From positions 302,722-366,721 of the forward strand of contig CAJINV010000017.1 in assembly GCA_905178155.1 (NCBI GenBank): 64,000 nucleotides of DNA. Direction: 5' to 3'. Under the pieces are notes generated by a model. That model saw only the letters and a list, made by a program, of their open reading frames with translations, was not told the origin of the DNA and searched no databases. Origin of the DNA: Amoebophrya sp. A120. Lineage: Eukaryota > Protista > Dinoflagellata. Below are positions 55,342 through 64,000 of the stretch, in pieces (position 1 is the first letter of the stretch; each line of letters starts with the position of its first letter). Made by a program: the position numbers and the translations under genes.

Positions 55342-58142
55342 ATGTCCCGAGAACAAGTAATGAACCGCCAGCATCTCCTGGCGCATCGCTCCATTTCCTG
55401 CTGCATCGGCGGCGGTGGCGCATCAACTTCCCGCGGCGACAAAAACAATCCAAAGCCCGAAGGCGAGGCTCAGCCCAAAGAAAAAAAAGATCTTGTCGAT
55501 TACGACAGCAACAACCTCCCGATCCCGCCGGTTGCCGTCGAGCGGCCGGAAACCGTCACGATCGGGTTGGTGGAAAACGAGGATCGCGGCCCGAATCCAA
55601 TGAACCCGCCGAAGACGAAGACTGACAACTACTTCTGGCTCCGCGATGACAGCCGGACGAGCGAGGAAATCTTGCTGCATTTGAAGAAGGAAAACGCGTT
55701 CACGGCCGCGAAGACGAAGGAGAACAAAAGTTTGGAGAAGGAACTGTACGACGAGCATCTGTCCCACCTGAAGCAGACCGATCAGCGGCCGGCGTACGCG
55801 CACGGGGAAAGGTTTGAGTACTACACGAGGACAGTCGAAGGGCTGAGCTACAAGATCCACTGCAGAAGGCCGATCGGGTCATCAAACGTAAACGCTGAAA
55901 AATCCCCAGACGGCACGGATGAAGAGGTCTTGCTTGATGAGAACAAAGTTGCAAAGGGGCAGTCGCAGTGCGACATATGCGTGGTAGCGGTGTCGCCGTG
56001 CCACGAGTACTTGGCGTACTGCGTGGATTTTTCGGGAGACGAAGTGTACCACTTGCGGGTTTTGAAACTCGGCGCAGGAGCTGCAGGAAGTCCAAGCGAC
56101 GGTGAGCAGCATGTCTTGATCGACGAGCTACTGAGCCGCACGGGTGAAGGAGCTACTGCCGGCGAAGATGAAAATGCCGACGCTCCTCAAGGTGACCCAG
56201 CGCCCCCCGGAACTCAGCACCTGATCTGCGGCAACATCGTGTGGGGAGCGGACAGCAAGGAGATCTTCTACGTGACGCAAGACCCGGTGACCCACCGCCC
56301 GAACAAGATGTGGAGGCACAAGATCGGTGAGAAGAACGAAAACAGCGAGGCCAAAGACCCTCTGTTCGAAGAGAAGGACCAGCTGTTCATTCTGGATATC
56401 AGCAAAACGAAAGACGGAAAGTTTCTTCTGCGGAACAGTGCGAGCAGCGAAACCAGCGAGGTTGCCGTGATGCCACTTGAGAAAAGCGGTAGTGATGCCG
56501 ACGCGACAATCGTCCACAGCCGGGAGTTTGGTCTCCGCTACGAAATCGAGCACTGGGAAGGGTATGTGATCGCGGTGACAAATTACGACAAAGCCAAGAA
56601 CAACAGGGCGCTGGTGAAGAAAATAATTGGAACTACAGCAACTTCATCAGTGCTCGAGACTACGCCAGATTTTTCCGCCGCGAACGATTGGCAGGAACTA
56701 TGAACTGCAAAAGTATCGTACTCGTATAAATGCATGACAAATTTCCTCAGCATGAGAAATAAAATTTGTAATGCTGATTTGCCTTGACAAAGAAATTTGC
56801 AAGACCTGCATTTATACGAGTGCGATACTTTTGCACAGGATAGGAACTGTTCCCCTACGACAAGCTCCGGGAAATCACGTACGTCGAAGTGTTTGAAAAT
56901 TTCCTGATGTTCGAGGGCAGGGAAAACGGCTTGACGAAGATCTGGTCCTTCGACATCAAGCAGTTTACAACCAGTTCTGGCACCGCAACTCATCATCTTC
57001 AGCCGATTGACACATCGCTCTTCCCCGAGCCCGACATCCACGAGATCCACTTTTCCATCAACAAGAATTACGCCACAGATTTCGTCCGACTCGTGTACAG
57101 CTCGTTGGTCACGCCGACGACCTGGTACGAGTACCGCCCGCTGGAAAAGAGTTGCAAAATCATCCACGAGGAGCCCGTGTCGAACTTCGATAAATCGAAG
57201 TATGACACGACGCGGGTGTTCGCGACGAACGGGAAGGATGGGTGTAAAATTCCAGTTTCTCTCGTCTGGAGCAAGGAACTCTGTCCCGATGTTAGGGAAA
57301 GGCTTTATAATAATTCCGGTAGTTGTACTACTAGCAGTGCCGCAAAATCCTATCCCCTCCTTCTCTACGGCTACGGGTCGTACGGCGCGTGCGTCGACCC
57401 GGGCTTTGACCGAGACGTGCTCACCTATTTGGACCGGGGCATCATCTACGCCATCGCGCACATCCGTGGGGGCGGGGAGATGGGACGAGAAGTTTGGTAC
57501 GAGGAACAAGGGAAATACTTGACGAAGAAAAACACCTTTGAGGACTTCATTGCCTGCGCCGAATTCTTGACGAAACCCGGGGGCGAAGATGAAGGTAATA
57601 AAACTCTAGCGCCTTTGACGACCCCATCCAAACTTGCCATCGAAGGGCGGTCCGCGGGTGGGTTGCTGATTGGCGCGGTGTTGAACATGCGGCCGGATTT
57701 ATTCTCCGTGGCAGTCGCGGGTGTGCCGTTTGTGGACGTCTTGACCACCATGGCTGATCCGAGCATACCGCTGACAATCGGTGAGTGGGAAGAGTGGGGA
57801 AACCCAAATTTGGAAAAGTTCTACGAGTACATGAAAAGCTACTCGCCGGTGGACAACGTCAGCTCCGGTCTGCGACAGGAAGAGGTGCAAGTGGAGGTGG
57901 CGGGCGGAGAAACGCGTCAGTTGACGACTGTCCTGATTCTCGCCGGCTTGCACGATCCGCGGGTGGCGTACTGGGAACCGGCAAAGTGGGCCCAGCTGCT
58001 GCGGAAGGAGAAAACGCGGTTTGGCGACGTGTTGCTCAAAGTGGATTTGGAAGTGGGGCACTTCTCAGCCAGTGACAGATACCGGCACATCCAGGAAACC
58101 AGCTTTTCGCAGGCGGTGGTGGTGAAAAAGTTGACGCAGTAG
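55342..58142 (+). CDS. opdB: Oligopeptidase B (peptidase S9A), 2 exons; start uncertain (ORF open from 55003)
   Basis: N-terminal DNYFWLRDD..ENA, then YGYGSYG and RGGGEMG, catalytic GRSAGG, HDPRV and GHFS. Exons to 56698 and from 56848 join as DWQE-LFPYD. Confidence 0.92.
56699..56842. mobile_element. Introner-like TIR element, family A
   Basis: Perfect repeat GGAAC. Near reverse complement of the element at 1-143. Confidence 0.92.
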
Positions 58143-58619
58143 AAAAAGATGAAGGAAAATGAGGAAAAATGCACAATAACGACTGACGAAAATAGAACTT
58201 GTTGAGTTCTTGTATTTGTGACATACTAGCGCCATCAACATTATGTGACCTTGACCGCAAACGCTACCGCATAGCTCAACCGATGAGCTCGTGCTAGGCT
58301 GTTCTAGATTTTTTAGAACAAGCTGCAAGTGTGACTCTGTCTAAACTGAAGAAGGAGGAGAGGAGATTTTGTGTGACTCTGTCCAAATAACTGAAGAAGA
58401 GAGCGAGGAGAGTGACAAGGAGTGTTAACCGTGCCACTACGTACCGTCCAAAACCTTGAGAATGAGACCATCATTGGTATATTATTGAGGTCGTAAGAAA
58501 AGTATGAGTTTTTACCTGGATAGGTTGAAGGTTTTCTCCTCCGGCGTGGATTTCTTCGCTTGGCAGAAAACTAGCTGTAGTTGTTCGAAGTTCATCCTGA
58601 TGAAGATGAAAATCGCCGG

Positions 58620-61600
58620 ATGAAGATGCCGGCGTTCGATCCGGGCCCGCGGGTATCGCGCGTCGGATTGTTTCCCTTCAGAGTACGGAACTTTCACTCG
58701 TTGTTGCAGATTTTTCTGCTGACGCCCGATGAAAGCACTGCTTTCACAGGTCATGCTCCGTCTCCGGTGGATGAGTTGTATTCGACAAAGAACAGCGATG
58801 ATCATAGTGGCCTTTCCGCGACTGCCGTCTTGAACGAGGACGGAGAAGATGATCGAGATGGGGATGATGATAATCCTTTACCGGCGGACGACGATACGGA
58901 AGTGGACGTCACACCACGCCACCACCACAAAATCAAGAACCGTCACCGCGGCCACCACAGAACAGATGCCGGGAGGAGGCACAAACGCAGGAAGCACAAG
59001 CATCATAGGCGGAAAGAACCGCACAGAGAACTCGAAGAGGAGGACGACAGCGAGATCGTCGATGCCAACGCAGCCTTGGAAGATTTGGCGGAAGAAGCTG
59101 CGCCAACAGTGGTCAGGCCCTCCGCGTTTACTGCACTGGAAAGTCGAAGTACCGAAAATTATCCTGAAGGAGTGGCATCTACTACTTCCAGCAACTCTGA
59201 CGCTGCACCACCAGACGACACGATCGATCCTGAGCAGAACGACATCACTAGCTCATCGTCCCTCGACGTCGAACAAACAGACCATCGAAAGCAATTGCAC
59301 CAGCGTCCCGCGAGGAGCCCCCGCGGCTTCCACGCACCTTTCCCACTGCTCCCCGCACCTTTAGTAAAGCAACACCTCGTCGCGTCCGCGCTGCAGCAGA
59401 AGCAGAGACAGAAACAGAAATCGGACAACACGGGCGTTTCTAAGGACGAGGAAAGCGCGAGTGGCGTCGGCGAGGACAGCAAGGACAGAAGTAAAAAGAA
59501 AACAGACAAAGGCGGCGAGGACAGCACAACGGACAATGAGCAAGACGACGCGGATGACGCGGAGATCGCGACCGAGCAGTTGACGCCGCTGAAGCCGGAG
59601 AAACTGTGGGACCTGTTTAAATCTTGCGGCTGGAAGAAACAAGGAACCGACAGCGAGAAAGAAGACTACTTGGAAAAAAAATTCCAGGATTTCGTCGCGA
59701 CCGAACTGAAGTCCGCGTTTTCCTCCCCGAATTCCCACCAGCAGCTCCCCCGGGATTTGTCAACAAGGAGCAAAAGAACAGTTTTTGTAAGAGTTTTGCA
59801 CGAACAGGCGGATTTGTTTTGTGAGTCGTTGATCGAAGACGACGGGGAGCAAAGCACCGACGCGAACAGCATTGAGGCGAAGACGAAGTCGCAGCTGCCT
59901 TCCCCGCAGTACGACCGGCACCAGCAGAGGAAGCCGCGGTTTGTGACCGATAAGTGTATCCGCGACAAGAAGGAGGACACGAAGCAGCAAACCATGGTAT
60001 GCCGGAACGCGTTTGGCGAAGACTTGGGGAAGTACGTTTTGGCGAACTCGCAAAGGACGCAGGACTTGAAAAGGAAGTGGAAGGGGAAGAAGTTGAGTGA
60101 AAAGGACTTCACGGAAGTGAAATCTCTAGCATCGTTACCGATGTTCGGATCGGGCTCCGAAGAAGTGTTTTTCACCACGCCGAACGAGTCGAAACGAGGT
60201 TTGTATTGCGGCATGGACAAGGAACAAATGCTGGGGAAATTTTACGAGGGGAAGGGAAAGGAATCTGCTTCGGAAGATAAGAAAAAAGGCGGGGAGGACG
60301 AAGGGTCGTCGTTTTTGGAGCAGGGAAAAGACGACGAGGAAAAAGGAAAAGGTAGTACATTGTCGCTATCGAACTTGAAATGTTACAAGCTTGCTACGAT
60401 GCTTGCAATAAACTTGTGTATGAAGATGTGCTGCTTGATGTTGCTATGAATGCTGCGATCGCCTCTGCTGACTCTGAGACGACTTTTGTAGCACGTTCTT
60501 TGGGACGTCGACGTGTGTTCATCACAACAAATACAGTGACGAGCGACCCGGAGCAATCTGAGAACCACTTCTACGAGATTGCCGATTACGAGAAGGCCTG
60601 CAAAGACATGTGTCCGCACTACGACGATTTGCTCCACGAGGCTGAGAAGGACGCGAAGAGCGCGCAAAGTAGCAAGCACGCCTCCTTTCTGGTCGACGGC
60701 ATGTGGGTTTGTGTGTCGACTCTCCGGTACGATAGCTGCAAGAAGGATTCTGTTGCAATCATCCAAAAGATGAACAGCAAACAGGGAGCAGGCTCTGGTG
60801 GAAAAGCCGGGCAGCAGCTTCTGCAAAAAACCTCCAATCTGATCCCCGCGTCAGCGGACTGCTTTCTGGAATTTCTGCAGTCCATCCTGGATTTCCAGCT
60901 GGAAAATGCCAGTATGAACAACGAAAAACGCACCACCCAAGCGATCAACCTCCCCTCGGCTCAGGACATAGAAGACCGATTAGAATACCTTCGTGTCGGC
61001 ACAGCGAGAAAATTACGAGAAGACTGCGAGTCCTGGCTGGGCAAAGAAACCCGAGTCGGGCCGGTGTTCGGGCTGGGTCGCGTTTGTGACAACGGTGCGG
61101 ACGTCGCGCCCGCGATTGCGCAGACGAATTTTGATTCCGCCAGTTCCGGCGCAAACGAGTTTCAGGCGATGAATGCGCAATATAGTATCATGGAGCGGAA
61201 ATCCTACCACGCCTTTCTCCATCGCGAGTGCGAGGCGGTACAGCGGCGGTCGCCGAACTGGTTTCTCCCGAGCCTCTGGAACTTCCAGCATTCCGGACCC
61301 ACGGAGCACTGCTCGCTACACCGCGTGCAGGCGAGGCAGGCGCGGATCGATTTTATGATCCGGGAATTCAACAAGTTACCGGAATACCTGTCGAAAATCT
61401 TCATCGCGAAAGTGTTGCTGAACGAACTAGACGACGACGCGGTGCACGCGTTAATCGGATTGGATCGCCCCGCCCGGAAGGCGTCAACCACCATGTCTTT
61501 CGTCACGTCGGAATTGCTCGGGAAGTTCCGGAAAGTGTTGAACAAGTCACAGCCGAAGGGGAAAAAACTCACCGGCGAAGAGCACTTGGACGTGATCTTC

Positions 61601-63981
61601 GCCAGGTTTTTGTCCCGAAGCGAGCTGTGGCCGCAGAAGTTTTGGCAAAATTACGTGTCCCCGGCTCAGATGGCGGCGTTCAAGCAGCGGAAGGCGATTT
61701 ACCTGAAGGAGTGCGACCGGCTGGGGCTGCCGATGGCGTTTCGGGACGACATGGACCCCAATTCCGCGACGGGATGCACGCGGGAGACGATAAAACTGCA
61801 GCTGCAATTAAAAGCGGACGAGTATAAAATGAATCTAGATTCCGAACAGAGACTGGAGCAGGAGGCGAGGAGCGCGCAGCTGATGGCTAGGACAAACTCC
61901 GGGAAGAAGCGGGCTTTATCCTTTCCGGACTCATCCGTCCCGAAGCAGACGGCGCAGGACCTGCTCGACGAGGCGAATAGTGGGAAGGCGAAGTTGGCGG
62001 ATCAGACGACCGATAATGGGATCGTGGTATGGAGTGACAACAGCGAATCTCATCGGAATCTGGGCCGATTGCAGGATTACAACACGTGGCGGGCATATTC
62101 GGACGAGGGCGGGGAGATGGCGGTGCATAAGAAATTGAAGTTCATCGACCCGAAAACTGGGGAGGAAAGTAACGACAACAGCGGGGGCCGAATGGATCGC
62201 AGTGTCAAGGCGTCGGAAGCAAGTGGGTCGTCTGGCTCTGCGGATTCGGGTAAAAAGGAAGGCGAAGGGGAAACAAGCCCAGACTCCGAAAACCCCGAGC
62301 AGCCACCGCAGCAGGAGGAAAAGGGGAGACAGCCGGAGGAGCCACTAATGGCCGATCATTTACCGGTGACGCAGCAGGTATTCAAGATTCCCGGGGCGAT
62401 TCTGGACGAGATGAAAAGCGGGGAGAAAGTGGATGCGAGTGGCGAGGTGGTTCCGGAAGAGACGCCGGCGGGAACGGAGGAAGGTGGTGGGTCGGGTGAA
62501 ACTACGGGTGCAGCTGCAAGTTCCGATGGCGCAGCAGTCGCTGGCGCACCAAGAGAGGAAGGTAAAGAAAAAGATTCCAGCGAGATCACCATGCCGAATG
62601 GCGAGAAAGAAGCCATAGGTGGGGAAGAAGTGGCGGGAAAGGGACGTGAATCTGGAACACAAGTGGGTGACCGTGACGCTGGTGCAGCAACTGAAGACAC
62701 CGACTCAAAGAAGGATCATGACGGAGAAGGAACTAAGGGCAGTCCTGGAAATGAACCCGCTGAAAAATCAGCCAACTCGGTAAGCGACAAAGAAGACGGG
62801 GACCACGGGGCTGGAGGTCACGAAGGCGACTCTCAGGGCCGCAAAGAGGAGGCTACTGCGGCTGCGGACAAGGACGAGAAGAAGTCCGAAGCTAACGAGG
62901 AGAAGAAGGACTCAAATTCGGATGATGAGTCCGACAAGACAAAAGTTTCGGAGGAGGAAGACGCGTCGGGAAAAAAACCAGAAGAGTTCGATGATTCTGA
63001 ATCGAAAAAGGACAGTGAAGAAAAAGAGGAGCCCGAAAAAGCGTCAGCAGAGAAGGACTCTGTTGCTGGTGATGCTAAGAAGTCTGAATCGGAATCGTCG
63101 GAAGATAAAAGTGATAAAGAGGACGGAAAAGCCGGGGACGAGCACTCAGAGTCAAGCGACGGTCCCCCGAAGAGCGAACAGGAACACGAGGAAAGCAAGG
63201 ACAGGGGCGATGCCGCAAAAGGAGGTGAAAACGACCACGGGAGGGATGAGGGATCTCCTGGCGATGACAAGGACAAAGATGAGCACGAATCCGGGGCAGC
63301 TACAGAGAATGAGCACGCGGAAGAGGAGCATGAGGAGGCGGAAGAGCATGAACACGAAGAGAAGAGCGGCAGTGGAGGTGCAGAAAACGAGGATATGGAG
63401 GTGCCATCGATATTTACTATCACGCCAGGCCTCATTCGTACCCGGACTGTATCTCTAGCAGTCTCGCGACAACCGAAACTTGCGTGGAATAAAATTAAAG
63501 CTTCCTTCTCTCTGCATATGCATTACTCGATGAGACGAGTGAGATGGAACAGCACCGCGAATGGCCATGTCTGACGTGACAGAAGTTTTTTCACAGGAGA
63601 ACGGGCGAGGACACGAATGGCAACGAGGATGGCGGGCAAGACGACAATGACCAGGACGCCGCTTCTTCCTTCGTGGAAGAGAAGCCTAAGCGTAAGCCAA
63701 GACAGAAGAACGAAGTTTCATCTATCATAGTAAAAAAGCCTGGCAGCACCAGCACCAGCATCGAGAATAGCTCGGCAAGAAACAATGAAGTCGCGTTTAT
63801 ATCAAGAACAAGCAGACCCCAGCATCAGCAACAGCATGCGACAGAGCCAGACCGAGACGAGAAGTGTGTTACTGCGAGCAGCATCAGGCATGTGGACGAG
63901 GCTCGAAAGGATGTTCAGATCCACACTGTCGCAGTGCTGGGTGGCTCACAGAAATATAAAGAAAACCTACATTTGCTGTAA
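58620..63981 (+). CDS. Large acidic, low-complexity orphan protein, possibly secreted; 3' structure uncertain
   Basis: ORFs 58581-60449 and 60380-63574 are joined by GT-AG intron 60352-60536. A probable further intron at about 63401-63582 leads into ORF 63673-63981. Contains a His/Arg-rich tract, a Cys-containing middle region and an E/D/K/S-rich tail. No family recognised. Confidence 0.6.
60352..60536 (+). other. Canonical GT-AG intron
   Basis: AAAG|GTAGTA...ATACAG|TG joins EEKGK-VTSDPEQ and resolves the ORF overlap. Confidence 0.75.
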
Positions 63982-64000
63982 TTACTTTGCAACTTTTTAA

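Noticed and set aside
60380-60449. Frameshift between ORFs 58581 and 60380
   Set aside because: Resolved by a GT-AG intron at 60352-60536.
1-64000. Alternative genetic code or stop-codon readthrough
   Set aside because: All internal stops fall inside elements or introns, and the standard code gives intact proteins.

Overview
Gene-dense eukaryotic DNA with six protein-coding genes, all on the + strand. The intron style and protein repertoire best fit a parasitic alveolate such as Amoebophrya (Syndiniales); this assignment is inferred. The genes are: a 5'-truncated giant membrane protein (>8,200 aa, 25 exons; IPT/TIG repeats, GCC2/GCC3 cysteine repeats, multi-TM C-terminus), a PHO80-like cyclin, a SNF2 ATPase, a DUF285-repeat secreted protein, oligopeptidase B and a large acidic orphan. 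The dominant signal is 31 short (144-363 bp) non-coding elements in about 8 families, every one interrupting a coding exon. Each has TAY...RTA ends (one ends in CA), terminal inverted repeats (TIRs) and a 5-bp flanking duplication. Removing the element plus exactly 5 nt restores the reading frame in all 30 complete cases. Most cannot be GT-AG introns, and two families clearly occur in both orientations. Introner-like non-canonical introns are already known in Amoebophrya. Features that may be new are a terminal grammar shared across families (TAY-N7-A-tract), a recurring internal GCAT(G/C/T)ACA motif, retention of the 5-nt register after the duplication has decayed, and exon-only placement. 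Also present: 6-7 canonical GT-AG introns, a 368-bp higher-order satellite inside one intron, and a palindromic TGACACGCA array. All splicing was worked out by hand from DNA, with no RNA evidence.
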